A stretch of 64,000 bases of DNA. Origin: a bacterium (GTDB lineage: Bacteria; UBA8248). Shown here piece by piece: positions 10,234 to 21,145 of the stretch (its first letter is position 1; each line of letters begins with the position of its first letter). Location of the stretch: assembly GCA_965204535.1 (NCBI GenBank), contig OZ241996.1:928001-992000 (forward strand), written 5' to 3'. Under the pieces are notes generated by a model, which did no database searches, had not been told where the DNA came from, and saw only the letters and a list, made by a program, of their open reading frames with translations. The position numbers and the translations under genes were made by a program.

Positions 10234-10820
10234 TATTGAAAAATCCCGTGCGGCGTGAGCTAAACCTCTCTCCCTCCTCAGAATCACCCCCCCCTACCCC
10301 CCCTTGTCAGGGGGGCAAGAAAAAACAAAAGCCCTCCTGACAAGGGGGGGTAGGGGGGGGTGCCTTTATCCCCTGACAAGGCGACCGGGGGTTGCTCCCA
10401 AGGAGTTTTCCCGTCCATGGGCCTTTTTCAACAATCCCTTTGCGGGTCGGGCATCCTCCACCGGGGAGAACTCCAAATCACTCCCCCCTTGGGGCTTGTT
10501 GAAAACTCTTCATCGGGCGGATCTCTTGTGTGTAGGGGTCGCATACATGCGACCCGGCCTTTTTGCCTTCCAACGACGGGCCGCATGTATGCGGCCCTAC
10601 ACTCCTTTCGCCAAGGCGGAATCCCGTTGCTGTCATTCCGGCATTGCAGGACTTTTTTAACAGCCCCCCTCAAGGGGGGAGTGGATTTCCCCTACTCCTT
10701 GTTTGGCAAAACCCTTAAGTGGTCAAACCCGATGAAGAAAGAACCCGTAGGGACAGGTCGCGACCTGTCCCTACAAAACCTGCAACCCTCCTTCGTTGTA
10801 TTTTTCCAACAACCCCCTCA
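10234..10820. repeat. Composite repeat cluster
   Basis: CCCCCCTACCCCCCCTTGTCAGGGGGG pair, CACTCCCCCCTT...CCCTCAAGGGGGGAGTG, GTTGAAAA/TTTTCAAC ends, several GTAG REPs. Confidence 0.85.
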
Positions 10821-10917
10821 ACCTGAAAATCGTTTGTGCAAACGGCGCTTCCTGTGGGATTCTCGGTTCAGCGTAATATGACCGCGCGAATATGAACAAT
10901 CACGAAAGGAGTTTTTT

Positions 10918-11328
10918 GTGGAATACCGATACGACCACGTGCATTTTCTGACACACGACGTGCGCGCGCTGGCGGATTTCTTCGAGAACGTCTTCGAACT
11001 GGAAATGATCTCCTACGAGGAAAACTTCAAGAGCGCGCCCTACGCCATATTGAAACTGGGCGACGGGGACCTGCGCATCCGGGGATACCGCCCCGGCGAT
11101 AAGCCGGACGCCGTGGCGCCCATGCTGACGCACGGCCTTGACCATCTCGGCGTCGCTGTGGACGACGTGGAAGCGGCGGTCGCCCGCCTCGTGGAGCGCG
11201 GGGCGGAGGTCGACATGGCGCCCTTGCCTGCAGGCGTGGGCGGGCGGATGATCGCCTTCATCAAGGGCCCCGAGAACATCCGCATCGAGATATGCGAGCG
11301 GCCCCGTGTGTCCGGGGAGAGCGATTGA
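10918..11328 (+). CDS. VOC/glyoxalase family protein
   Basis: DHVHF, DHLGVAVDD, GPENIRIE motifs; AGGAG RBS. Confidence 0.85.
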   Translation: MEYRYDHVHFLTHDVRALADFFENVFELEMISYEENFKSAPYAILKLGDGDLRIRGYRPGDKPDAVAPMLTHGLDHLGVAVDDVEAAVARLVERGAEVDMAPLPAGVGGRMIAFIKGPENIRIEICERPRVSGESD

Positions 11329-11369
11329 CCAGCCGCCCGGTTTCACCGCAATCATCCGCCGGTGCGGGC

Positions 11370-12245
11370 ATGACGCTCGAACTGGTGCTGGGCTCGCTCC
11401 TCCTGACGACGGTGTGGGGCATGGCGCAGCCCGTCATCAAGGGCGCCTACGCGGGCCTGACGCCCTTCGGCCTCTTGTGGCTGCGGTGCGCCGCGGGGGT
11501 GCTGACCCTCACGCTCTACAGGCTCGTGATGCGCATCCCCGAGAGCGTGACCTACCACGACCCCTGGCGGGAGAAGGGCCACCGCATCCTGAACGCCTGC
11601 ATGCACAACGCCTACGTCTGGTTCCTCTACCAGGGGATGTTCGGAACCGCCGCCGCGCGCGCCTCGGTGCTGCTCTACACGCAGCCCGTCTGGGTGATGC
11701 TGCTGAGCGCCCTCTTTCTCACGGGCGAGCGCATCACGCTGGTGCGGGCGCTGGGCTTCGCGACGGCGATGGCGGGCACCGTCACTGTCTTCTCGCACAG
11801 CCTCGACGCGGGCGGCTCCATGCGGGCCGATTTCTACATCCTCATCGCCGCCGCCGGCTGGGCGACGCAGACGATCCACTACCGCCGGTATCTCGGCAAA
11901 TCCGACGTTACCTCGATCGCCAGATGGTCCATGCTCATCGGCGCGCCGACCTATTTCCTCCTCTCTTCCTCCCAGCCCGATTTCGGGATCACCCATATCG
12001 GCGGCCCGCAGATTTTCGCGGTCATCTACATGGGCGTGATAGCGAGCGCGCTGCTCCTGGCCTACTGGGGCCATCTGCTGCTCCGCTACTCGCCCGCCAA
12101 GATATCGGTGTTCTTCTTCATGACGCCCATCGTCGGCGTGGTGGGCAGCGCCCTATACCTCGGCGAGCAACTAGGCTGGCATCTGCTGGTCGGCGCCGCC
12201 CTTACGGCGACGGGCGTGTGGCTCGTGACGGGGGAGAGGAGATAA
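11370..12245 (+). CDS. DMT/EamA family transporter
   Basis: ~10 hydrophobic segments, YTQPVW, LTGERIT, LYLGEQL; alternative TTG start at 11325. Confidence 0.85.
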   Translation: MTLELVLGSLLLTTVWGMAQPVIKGAYAGLTPFGLLWLRCAAGVLTLTLYRLVMRIPESVTYHDPWREKGHRILNACMHNAYVWFLYQGMFGTAAARASVLLYTQPVWVMLLSALFLTGERITLVRALGFATAMAGTVTVFSHSLDAGGSMRADFYILIAAAGWATQTIHYRRYLGKSDVTSIARWSMLIGAPTYFLLSSSQPDFGITHIGGPQIFAVIYMGVIASALLLAYWGHLLLRYSPAKISVFFFMTPIVGVVGSALYLGEQLGWHLLVGAALTATGVWLVTGERR

Positions 12246-12249
12246 CGCT

Positions 12250-13395
12250 TCAAGAACGCGCGGGCACGCAGACCATTCCTTCCATGAGCCTTCGCGCCGT
12301 GCGGTAGACGATGACTTTCTCGGCGACGGGGCCACCGGGCGTCTCCGAGACCACGGCGTTAATCGTCTGCACGCCGGAGGGATGCCCCAGGCGAATGTCG
12401 CCCGCTGCGCCTCGGGCGGCCTCGTGCACGATGGTGCCTGGTATCCGCGCGGCGACGGCGAGGCACATCGCGCCCGTGAGGGCGAAGGCGCGGTGCGTCT
12501 TGCCCATGGAGATGATGCGGGCCGCGATGTCGCAATCCTCCGCCGAGATGATCTCGCCTTTCAAGTCGATGTATTCCAGCGGCGGGGCGACGATCACCAC
12601 CTTCGGCACCGCCTGGACGCTTTCGGAAGCCTCCCGCCTGTCACGCGCGAGCCCCATGCGCACCGCCGCTTCGGCGCGGATCTGCTCCAGATTCACCATC
12701 ACCTCGACGCGGCTGTCGATAAGGCCGGGGCCTTCTCCGCCTGATAGCCCTAAGTCTCCGGCGCGCACGAAGACCATCGGGTTGGTGGCGTCCACCATGC
12801 TCGCCTCGATGGCGCCGATTCCCTCGATCTCGAAGGTATCCACCGCATTCCCCGAGGGCAGGAGTTTCCCGGTAGCCGCGCCGCCCGGGTCCATGAATTC
12901 GAGCGTGATGCGCGCCCCCGCGCCCGAGACGCCGGGCAGTTCGTACGTGCCGCCAACGCCCGCGGCGCCTTCTTCCACCGGAAAGCGCGCGTGATAGGTC
13001 TTGCCCGTGTTCGTGTTGAATATGCGCACGGTGGCGGTTCCCTCATCCACCTCTACCAGGCCCTCATCCACGGCGAACGGCCCGACCGCGCTCGATATGT
13101 TCCCGCAGGTGCCGACGTAGTCCACGGTCTCATCCGTAACGCCCACCTGCGCGAAGGTGAAATCCACGTCCGCATCGGCGCGCGCGGAGGGCGCCACGAC
13201 CGCGATTTTGCTTAAACTGGATACCCCGCCTCCCAGGCCGTCGAGCTGGCGTCCGTTCGGGTCGGGACTGCCGAGGGCTTTCAGGAATATGGCGTCGCGC
13301 TCGAACTGGTCTTCGGGCAGGTCTTTCGCGTGGAAGACGATGGCGCGGCTCGTGCCCCCGCGCATGAAGACGGCCGGATATTTCCTTTGGCCCAT
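12250..13395 (-). CDS. prpF: PrpF-family (methyl)aconitate isomerase
   Basis: MRGGTSR, GSPDPNGRQLDGLGGG, CGNISSAVGPFA, GHPSG, RTARRLMEG. Confidence 0.92.
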   Translation of the reverse strand: MGQRKYPAVFMRGGTSRAIVFHAKDLPEDQFERDAIFLKALGSPDPNGRQLDGLGGGVSSLSKIAVVAPSARADADVDFTFAQVGVTDETVDYVGTCGNISSAVGPFAVDEGLVEVDEGTATVRIFNTNTGKTYHARFPVEEGAAGVGGTYELPGVSGAGARITLEFMDPGGAATGKLLPSGNAVDTFEIEGIGAIEASMVDATNPMVFVRAGDLGLSGGEGPGLIDSRVEVMVNLEQIRAEAAVRMGLARDRREASESVQAVPKVVIVAPPLEYIDLKGEIISAEDCDIAARIISMGKTHRAFALTGAMCLAVAARIPGTIVHEAARGAAGDIRLGHPSGVQTINAVVSETPGGPVAEKVIVYRTARRLMEGMVCVPARS

Positions 13396-13396
13396 A

Positions 13397-15379
13397 TCAA
13401 GCGCCGTCCCGCGCCGGGGCGGGGTCTGCGGAGCCTGCGCCGCCTCCCTCGATGCGCGCGAGAGCCAGCGCGCCGCCCGCGGCGAGCATCCGGCGCTCGC
13501 GCTCGGTGAGCGCGCACGTCGCGACGAAGGCGTGGCCCGTATCCGTGTTTTCGACTTTGAAATTGCCCGCGGCGATCGAATCCTGGATGTTGGAGATCGC
13601 CAGCTTCTGCCCGGCCTCTATCTCCTCGTAATCGTCCTCGTCAGCGAACGCGAGAGGCAGGATCCCCCAGTTGATGAGGTTCGCCCGGTGGATTCTCGCA
13701 AAGCTCTTGGCGATGACGGCGCGGACGCCGAGTATCATCGGGCAGATGGCCGCCTGCTCGCGGGCGGAACCCTGGCCGTATGTCTTCGCCCCGACGATGA
13801 CCCCGCCGCCCGCCTCTCGCGCGCGGGAGGCGAAGGTCTCATCCACGCGCCTGAAGGTGAAATCGGCGAGTGCGGGCATGTTCGTTCTGTAGGTGATGGC
13901 CTCGACCCCCGCCGGGCTGATGTGGTCGGTCGAGACGTTGTCGCCGAGCTTGATCAGTACCTCTCCCGTGTAGGCATCTCCTAAAGCCTCTCCCACGGGC
14001 ACGGGCTGAATGTTCGGCCCTCTGATGATCTCCACCGCCGCCGGGTCTTCCGCTGGCTCCACGATTCCCGTCTTATCACTCGCGAAGCGGTAGGGGAGCA
14101 GCACGTCGGGCGCCTTGCCCTCGTCCCTAGGGTCTCTTATCTCGCCGTGCAGTGCGGCCACGGCGGCGAGTTCGGGACTCGCGAGATAGACGGCGTCCTC
14201 GCTCAGCCCCGAGCGGCCCTTGAAGTTCCGGTTGAACGCGCGCAGGGAGTTCATGCCGGGCGCCGGGATGTGGGCGTAACCGGGGCAGGAGCCGCAGGTG
14301 GATTCCGAGACGCATACGCCCGCGGCCAGCAGGTCGGCCAGGTGGCCCTCTCTCGCGAGTTCCTCGAAGGCCTGCCTGCTGCCCGGAAAGACGATCGCGT
14401 CGACGCCGTCCGCCACCTTTCGGCCACGCAGCACCTGCGCGAAAGAGGCCACGTCCGTGAACGTGCCGTTCGTGCAGCTTCCGATGATGACCTGGTGGAC
14501 CGGCGTGCCGACGGTCTCCGATACGGGCACCACGTTCTCGGGGTTCGAGGGCAGGGCGACGAGCGGCTGTACGTCCCCGAGGTTCAGTTCGATTCTCTCG
14601 TCATACGTTGCGCCCGATTCCGCTTCCTGCGGCTTCCAGTCGGCCGCGCGGCCGATGCGCTCGTAGAACGTCCTGGTCTGCGCGTCGCTCGGGAAGATGC
14701 TGCCCGTAAGGCCGAGTTCCGTGCCCATGCTGGCGATAGTGAAGCGCTCCGGAACCGTGAGCGCCCGGACGCCGGGGCCCGTGTATTCGAAATACTTGCC
14801 GATTCCCCCGCGCGCGCCGAGGCGGCGCAGGAGTTCCAGGATCACGTCTTTCGCCGTCGCCCAGGGGCCGAGCTTTCCGGTGAGCCGCACCTCGACGATG
14901 GCCGGACGCGGGATGATGGTCGCGCCCGTCGCCATGGCGGTCGCCACGTCCATGCCGCCGGCGCCGATTGCCAGCATTCCCACCGCGCCGCCTTGGGGGG
15001 TGTGGGAGTCCGTGCCTAGGAGGCTCTCGCCCGGAACGGAGAATTCCTCGAGATGAACGTTGTGGCAGATGCCGTTTCCCGGTTTCGAGAAGTGGATGCC
15101 GTGCTTGCGGCAGAAGCCGAGCATGAAGCGGTGCGCGTCGGTGTGGAGGCTGTTGACCTGGATGGTCTGGTGGTCGCCGTACATGACCGCTGTTTTCTGC
15201 TTCACTTGGGCTAAGCCCATGGCCTCGAAATGGAGGAGGGCGGTGGGGCCGGATGCGTCCTGCAGCAGCACCTGGTCGATTCGTATCTCGACTTCCTCAC
15301 CCGGCGTTCTCGCAGCGCCCGAGACCAGATGCGCGTCGATGAGCTTTTGCGTGAGGCTGCGCGAGCCCGACTCAGCCAC
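13397..15379 (-). CDS. Short single-chain aconitase-family hydratase
   Basis: GTDSHT, IGSCTNG, CGSCPG [4Fe-4S] ligands, NRNFKGR, STDHISPAG, YGQGSARE. Confidence 0.9.
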   Translation of the reverse strand: MAESGSRSLTQKLIDAHLVSGAARTPGEEVEIRIDQVLLQDASGPTALLHFEAMGLAQVKQKTAVMYGDHQTIQVNSLHTDAHRFMLGFCRKHGIHFSKPGNGICHNVHLEEFSVPGESLLGTDSHTPQGGAVGMLAIGAGGMDVATAMATGATIIPRPAIVEVRLTGKLGPWATAKDVILELLRRLGARGGIGKYFEYTGPGVRALTVPERFTIASMGTELGLTGSIFPSDAQTRTFYERIGRAADWKPQEAESGATYDERIELNLGDVQPLVALPSNPENVVPVSETVGTPVHQVIIGSCTNGTFTDVASFAQVLRGRKVADGVDAIVFPGSRQAFEELAREGHLADLLAAGVCVSESTCGSCPGYAHIPAPGMNSLRAFNRNFKGRSGLSEDAVYLASPELAAVAALHGEIRDPRDEGKAPDVLLPYRFASDKTGIVEPAEDPAAVEIIRGPNIQPVPVGEALGDAYTGEVLIKLGDNVSTDHISPAGVEAITYRTNMPALADFTFRRVDETFASRAREAGGGVIVGAKTYGQGSAREQAAICPMILGVRAVIAKSFARIHRANLINWGILPLAFADEDDYEEIEAGQKLAISNIQDSIAAGNFKVENTDTGHAFVATCALTERERRMLAAGGALALARIEGGGAGSADPAPARDGA

Positions 15380-16508
15380 GGCTTCTCATGGTCCTGTAGG
15401 GCCGCTTTCCGGGGCCGGTGTAGCGCGCCCGGGGGCGGATGAGGCGGTTGTCGGCCTGTTGCTCCAGGATGTTGGCCGTCCAGCCCGCGACGCGCGACAT
15501 GGCGATGATGGGGACGAACAGCTCCATGGGGATGCCCAGCCCCTGCCATAGGGGTGCGGAGTAGAAATCCACGTTCGGGATGACGCCCTTTCGGCTCTGC
15601 ACGGCGTGGTCGAGCGCGCGCGCCATATCGAACCACCTGGCGTCGCGGCCGGGCTGGTGGCACACCTCCTCCGCCAGTTCGATGAGCACGCTCGCGCGCG
15701 GGTCGCCGCTCTTCGTATAGACCCGGTGGCCGAAGCCCATGAACAGGCGTTTCTTCGCGAGCGCCGCCTCGACGAAGGGCTCCACGTTCTCGATATCGCC
15801 GATCTCTCTTAAAGTCTCCATCACTGCGAGGCCCGCGCCCCCGTGCAGGGGGCCTTTCAAGGCGCTGATGCCCGCCGTGACGGCGGAGTAGATGTCCGAC
15901 ATGGTGGAGGTGACGACGCGCGTCGCGAAAGTGGACGCATTGAACTCGTGCTCCGCATAGAGGACGAGGGTGGCGTCGAGCGCGCGCGCGTCGAGCTTGT
16001 CGGGCGCCTGGCCCGTGATCATGTAGAGGAAATTCGCCGCATGCCCGAGTCCTCTGCGGGGGTTGAGCGGCTTGAGGCCTGCCGCCAGGCGGTGCTGGGC
16101 GGCGACGATGGTGGGTATTTTCGCGGTGAGCCGAAGCGCCTTTCTGCGGTTCGCCTCCGGCGAGTCGTCCTCAGCTTCTTCGTCGAACAGCCCCTGGATG
16201 CCCACGCCGCCTCTCAGCGCCGCCGTTCTCTGCGAGCCTGTGGGTATCTGCCTCAAGGCGCGCAGCATTCCGGGCGAGAGCGCGCGCTCGGCCTTCATGG
16301 CCCCGTCGAATTCCTTCAAGCGCTCTCGGGTGGGGAGTTCGCCGTGCCACAGGAGATAGACGATCTCCTCGAAGGTGACCTTCTTGCGCACCATCTCGGG
16401 CACGTCGTAGCCGTAATACCCCAGAATCCCGTTCACGCCGTCGAGCGAGCATATCCGCGTGTCGGCCGCGATGACGCCCTCGAGGCCTCGAACCGGTGTA
16501 TCTTCCAT
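15372..16508 (-). CDS. Citrate/2-methylcitrate synthase
   Basis: HEFNASTF, GPLHGGA, GFGHRVY, DPR, PNVDFYS. Confidence 0.92.
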   Translation of the reverse strand: MEDTPVRGLEGVIAADTRICSLDGVNGILGYYGYDVPEMVRKKVTFEEIVYLLWHGELPTRERLKEFDGAMKAERALSPGMLRALRQIPTGSQRTAALRGGVGIQGLFDEEAEDDSPEANRRKALRLTAKIPTIVAAQHRLAAGLKPLNPRRGLGHAANFLYMITGQAPDKLDARALDATLVLYAEHEFNASTFATRVVTSTMSDIYSAVTAGISALKGPLHGGAGLAVMETLREIGDIENVEPFVEAALAKKRLFMGFGHRVYTKSGDPRASVLIELAEEVCHQPGRDARWFDMARALDHAVQSRKGVIPNVDFYSAPLWQGLGIPMELFVPIIAMSRVAGWTANILEQQADNRLIRPRARYTGPGKRPYRTMRSRG

Positions 16509-16532
16509 GACGACTCTCCTCTGCGGCGCGTT

Positions 16533-17489
16533 TTAGTCGTAGATTTCCGGATTGGCGAGCGAGGTGACTTTCTCACCCTCCACCGCCCGCTTGATATTAT
16601 CGCACAAAAGCTTGTAGCTCTCACGCTGGACGCTTTCGGTCTGGGCGGCGTTGTGGGGCGACATGACGACGTTGGGAAAACCGTTCAGCGGATGATCCGC
16701 AGGCAACGGGTCCGGCTCGACCACGTCGAGGCCTGCGCCCGCGATTTTGCCCTCGCGGACCGCGTCGGTGAGCGCATCGGTATCCACGTGGGGGCCGCGC
16801 GATACGTTGACGAGAGAGGCCGTCTCCTTCATCAGGTCGAATTCTTTTTCACCAATCATGCCCGTGTTCTCGGGCGTCAGGGGCAGGGTGAGGACAAGGA
16901 AATCGACGCGCGGGAGGAGTTCGTGGAGCGTCTTCACCTCTTCCACCTCGAAGCCCTCGGGCTGGAACTTCCCCCGCGTGCGCGTGTAGGCGCAGATTTC
17001 CATCTCGAAGGCGGCGGCGCGCTTGGCCAGCGCTTGGCCGATGTTCCCGAGACCCACGATACCCAGCGTCGCGCCCTGAAGCTGGAAGTGGAGTTTGCGT
17101 TCTCCAATCGGCCAGAGCCAGGGCCTTCTGGCCATGATGAGGGTGAGCGCCATGGCGTGCTCCGCCACCGGGATGCAGCGCATCCAGCCGGGCGCGTTGG
17201 CGACGGGGATGCCGAGTTCGGTGGCTCCCGCCAAGTCGATGTTGTCCACGCCGGTGCCCACCTTGCCGACCACCTTGATATCCGGCCCCGCCTCCATCAT
17301 CTCCCGCGTGATGGGGGCGAACCCGGTAGTGAGCGCGCACGCGCTCTCGGCCTCCTTGAGCAGACTCGCGTCGTCGAAGGATTCCGGCTCTACGAACTCA
17401 TAGCCCTCGTGCAGGTATTCCACCATGAAGGCCTTGCGGGCGGGCTGTGTTTTCGTGCGCTCATCCACGCTCAAGACGCGGTGTGTCAT
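16533..17489 (-). CDS. D-isomer-specific 2-hydroxyacid dehydrogenase
   Basis: GLGNIG, NVSRG, LDVVEPDP, SPHNA; GGAGG RBS before MTHRV. Confidence 0.9.
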   Translation of the reverse strand: MTHRVLSVDERTKTQPARKAFMVEYLHEGYEFVEPESFDDASLLKEAESACALTTGFAPITREMMEAGPDIKVVGKVGTGVDNIDLAGATELGIPVANAPGWMRCIPVAEHAMALTLIMARRPWLWPIGERKLHFQLQGATLGIVGLGNIGQALAKRAAAFEMEICAYTRTRGKFQPEGFEVEEVKTLHELLPRVDFLVLTLPLTPENTGMIGEKEFDLMKETASLVNVSRGPHVDTDALTDAVREGKIAGAGLDVVEPDPLPADHPLNGFPNVVMSPHNAAQTESVQRESYKLLCDNIKRAVEGEKVTSLANPEIYD

Positions 17490-17626
17490 TTTGATGATTT
17501 CCTCCATTGTGTCGGTGCATCATGGGAATGTGGAAAAAGCTCCCTCAAGCCGGGGATGGATTTATCAATCGACATACGTTTATGAAATGGCTTCCTCTTG
17601 GGGTTCATTGCGCCCCCTGAAGGGCC

Positions 17627-17873
17627 GTTGAAAAGTCGCGCGGAGCGATTTTGGTTGGCGCAAGTTTTTGAATTTCACTCCCCCCTTGAGGGGGAGTCGA
17701 GGAAGCCGAGCGGTTTGTGCGAAGGCTGACTCGGTGGGGGGTGAAATGCGTTTTATCGCCAGTCCGAATTATACCCCCCACCGAATCGCTTTCGGGCTTA
17801 CGCCCTCAGCTCTTCGACTCCCCCTCAAGGGGGGAGTGAAATTCCTCTCTCCTCGGACTTTTTCAACAACCCC
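17627..17873. repeat. GTTGAAAA...TTTTTCAACAACCC element enclosing a CACTCCCCCCTTGAGGGGGAG-type palindrome
   Basis: TTTCACTCCCCCCTTGAGGGGGAGTCGA ... TCGACTCCCCCTCAAGGGGGGAGTGAAA inverted repeat. Confidence 0.85.
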
Positions 17874-17877
17874 GTCA

Positions 17878-18507
17878 TCATGATGGCTGGCCGAATTTCT
17901 CTTTCGCGTCCGCCATGCTCGAAACGCCGGGCCGCCAGGCGGGGGGCGGGTCGGCCTCGTCGCGCGAGAATCCGTCGCGCTCAAGCCTGTCGCGGAACCA
18001 CGCCTCGTTTATGCGGTTGGTGTCCGCGTCCATTCTGGCCAGGTCGCAGAAAATCTCGATCCCGTTTCCGCACGGGTCGTGAAAATAGAAGGCGCGGTTC
18101 TCGCCCAGGGTGCCGTCGCCCTCGGGGTGCGTGGGGCTGTGGACGAGCGGCCCCGCCGCGACCCTGATTCCCTTCGAGCGGATGTGCGCCGCCCAGGCTT
18201 CGAGTTCTTCCTTGGAGCCGACCTCGAAGGCCACGTGGTGGAGGCCGACTTCGGGTTTTCGCATGCCGCCCTCTTTGGGTGTCAGGCCGGCTTCCTTGGG
18301 ATAGGCGATGAGGGATACCTCGTGATGGCCCTCGCCGCAGCGCATGAAGCATATCCCCCACGGGCTGTGGGGATTGTCGCCCGACTCGTAGCGGTCCGAC
18401 ACCCGGAGCCCCATGACGTCGCGGTAGAAGGCCACCGCCTCGTCCAAGTCGTGGACCTTGAGACCCACGTGCTGGATGCGCCTGAGAGCGGGAGGAGCTT
18501 TGCTCAT
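17878..18507 (-). CDS. VOC family protein (extradiol-dioxygenase-like domain)
   Basis: HVGLKV, HHEVSL, GLHHVAFEV, YFHDPCGNGIE. Confidence 0.85.
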   Translation of the reverse strand: MSKAPPALRRIQHVGLKVHDLDEAVAFYRDVMGLRVSDRYESGDNPHSPWGICFMRCGEGHHEVSLIAYPKEAGLTPKEGGMRKPEVGLHHVAFEVGSKEELEAWAAHIRSKGIRVAAGPLVHSPTHPEGDGTLGENRAFYFHDPCGNGIEIFCDLARMDADTNRINEAWFRDRLERDGFSRDEADPPPAWRPGVSSMADAKEKFGQPS

Positions 18508-18535
18508 GGTGCCTCCTTCTCGGGAACTGCTTGAA

Positions 18536-21004
18536 TTAAGCGGGTACCGGGTCTTCGCCGCCGCGCGTGCGCTGTAAGACGAACACCGCTGCGATGGCGA
18601 TGATGCCGGCGGCGTAGGAGAGATACCTCAAGTCTCCTTCCAGCGGGGTGATGAAGGTCACGAAATTCCCCACGGGGAGGAGGAGGCATACCGAACTGAT
18701 GAACATCAGGGCCCGCTCCACGCCGTTCGCATGGCGCGTCATGAAGTTCTCCATCCATCCCGCCCAGCCGACGATGCCGATGAGACACGCCCCGAAGGTA
18801 ATCGCCACCTCTGTCGTCGTGCCGCTCAAGAGGAGCGGGGTGTAGACGAACAGGAACGGCATGATGAACAGCCACGAGGCGAGTTTCAGCGCCTGGAAGC
18901 CGGTCTGCACCGGGTCGGACACGGCGATAGCGCTCGCCGCGTAGGCGGCCAGGGCGACCGGCGGGGTAACGGCGCTCACGACGGCCACCCAGAAGCAGAT
19001 GAGGTGCGCGTGAACGGTCGGCACGCCCAGGTTGGTGAGCGCGATGACGCCGAAGATGACCAGCACCACGTAGCTCGCCGTGATGGGCAGGCCCATGCCG
19101 ACGATGTAGCCCGCGATGATAACCCATATGATGGTGAGCGGCAGGAGGCCGAAGCTGAACTCGGTCAACAAAATGGAGATGCGGCCCGACAGGTCGCTTT
19201 GCGTCGCGCAGGAGAGCAGGATGCCCAGCACGCACGCGATGCAGCCGATGACGAGCGTGTTCCGCGCGCCCGCTTCCAGGGATATCCAGGTGACCTTGAC
19301 GATATCCACCACGAGTTCCCACAGCCGCCTGAAGAGAATCGGCCCCGTCTCGTATTCGGACTCTCCGGTTTCCGCCCGTATCCCGGTCGCGACGATCTCG
19401 GCGAGTTTCAGTACGATGAACGCTGTCACCGTCCAGAACAGGGCGTCTCCCCAGTTCATCCCGCGCAGCGTGTCCGCGAACCAGGAGAACGGAGCCCCGA
19501 TTTGCAGGCCGAAGAAATAGGAGAAGACGCCGAAGGCGATCGAGACGTACAGGAACGGGCGGGCCGTCTGGTCTGCTGTGGGTATATTGATGTTCGAGAG
19601 CAGTTCGCAGGTCTTCAGCATCACGATGAGGCAGATGGTCTTGAAGGCCGCCAGGAACGCGGAATCGCCGATGACGAGGAAGTACACCATGACGGGAATG
19701 GGCAGCAGGAAGTGGAGGCGCGGGATGATCCTGCTCCAGGGGGGCAACTCCGAGGGGTCGACGCCGTGGAGTCCGCGCCGCACGGCGCGGATGTAGACCA
19801 TGTAGCCCACCGAGAGATAGTAGAGAATGGCCGGGAGCGTCGCTATCTTGACGATGTCGAAATAAGAGGTTTCGGTGAGCTGAGCGACGAGAAAGGCCCC
19901 GCCCGCCATGATGGGCGGCATGTAGGCCCCTCCCGTAGAGGCGGCGGCCTCGACCGCGCCTGCAAATTCGGAGCGGTAGCCCACCCGCTTCATGAGGGGG
20001 ATGGTGAACGTGCCCGTCGTCACCACGTTGGCCACGCCGCTGCCCGAGATCATGCCGAACAGCCCGCTCGACATGACGGCCGTAAGGCCGGGGCCGCCTG
20101 TTTTCTGGCCCGTCACCCGGTAGGTGGCGTCGATGAGGAATTCGCCCAGCCCCGTTTTTTCCAGAAAAGCGCCCAGGACGACGAAGATGACGATGTAGGT
20201 GGCGAAGACCTCGACGATGAGGCCGGTGATGCCGTCGGCCTCCAGCATGAGGAACTCGGTCACGCGGTCGAGCCCGAAGCCGTCGTGGTAGAGAAGGCCC
20301 GGCGATATCTGCGCGATGGGCTTGAAACTGTAGATCAGGAAGAAGAAGCCGATGAACGGGATGACGGGGCCGATGACGCGCCTGGCGATGTCGAAACTCA
20401 CCGCCGTCAGGAGCAGCGTGTATATCACCACCGAGGTGGGCACCGGGCCGCCGATGCGCGTGGTGAGTTCGATGTTGTAGATGTTCCACCAGATGATGGG
20501 GGCGACGGCCGAAACGATGAACAGCCAGTCCGAGAGCGTTGGGTATTCCGATACGCGCTCTGTGGTGGCTTCAAACCGGTAGAGGAACGCGCCGAACAGA
20601 CCGCCGAGCAGGGCGACCATGTAGGTTCCCCCGACCATGAATTCGCTCCAGAGCACGTCGCCGAAGAAAGCGCCCCAATACGCCCACAGGGCCAGGGTGG
20701 CGCACATGACGACGATGGCGGAAAACGAGAAGATTTCATCGAGATAGGCGAACCCCTCCCGAACCGGCCTTTGCCTGCCCTTGTAGACGAGGATGCACAA
20801 GCTGGCGGTCGCCAGAATGTAGACGCCCTTGAATATCTCCGAACGCGGGGGGCCGAAGAATGAGATATGAACGAAGAAGTAGGAAAACGCGACGGAAATA
20901 ATCGAGACGATGACGCGCGAATAACCCCGGAGGTCGCGTGGTAGGACCATCTCGTCCGATATGAGGCCGATCTTCATCAAAAAGGGCAGGAGATTTCGGT
21001 ACAT
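18536..21004 (-). CDS. TAXI-TRAP fused 4TM/12TM permease
   Basis: SGSGVANVVTTGTFTIPLMKR, EAAASTGG, GMGLPITASY, VTPPVALAAYAA. Confidence 0.93.
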   Translation of the reverse strand: MYRNLLPFLMKIGLISDEMVLPRDLRGYSRVIVSIISVAFSYFFVHISFFGPPRSEIFKGVYILATASLCILVYKGRQRPVREGFAYLDEIFSFSAIVVMCATLALWAYWGAFFGDVLWSEFMVGGTYMVALLGGLFGAFLYRFEATTERVSEYPTLSDWLFIVSAVAPIIWWNIYNIELTTRIGGPVPTSVVIYTLLLTAVSFDIARRVIGPVIPFIGFFFLIYSFKPIAQISPGLLYHDGFGLDRVTEFLMLEADGITGLIVEVFATYIVIFVVLGAFLEKTGLGEFLIDATYRVTGQKTGGPGLTAVMSSGLFGMISGSGVANVVTTGTFTIPLMKRVGYRSEFAGAVEAAASTGGAYMPPIMAGGAFLVAQLTETSYFDIVKIATLPAILYYLSVGYMVYIRAVRRGLHGVDPSELPPWSRIIPRLHFLLPIPVMVYFLVIGDSAFLAAFKTICLIVMLKTCELLSNINIPTADQTARPFLYVSIAFGVFSYFFGLQIGAPFSWFADTLRGMNWGDALFWTVTAFIVLKLAEIVATGIRAETGESEYETGPILFRRLWELVVDIVKVTWISLEAGARNTLVIGCIACVLGILLSCATQSDLSGRISILLTEFSFGLLPLTIIWVIIAGYIVGMGLPITASYVVLVIFGVIALTNLGVPTVHAHLICFWVAVVSAVTPPVALAAYAASAIAVSDPVQTGFQALKLASWLFIMPFLFVYTPLLLSGTTTEVAITFGACLIGIVGWAGWMENFMTRHANGVERALMFISSVCLLLPVGNFVTFITPLEGDLRYLSYAAGIIAIAAVFVLQRTRGGEDPVPA

Positions 21005-21145
21005 GGCGTCCTTACCTCGGCCCGGGCGAGCGGGCCTTGAATGGCGAGAAAAGTCGTGAAGCGAAAGAATCCCGGGGAGAAGGAGGTTTTCCCGGTTTCT
21101 CCTCCTCCCCGGGCGCGATTTCTCGCCGGATTATCGTTGCGAGAA

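Noticed and set aside
17565-17590. Operator palindrome CATACGTTTATG upstream of the dehydrogenase
   Set aside because: Single short imperfect site with no regulator in the window
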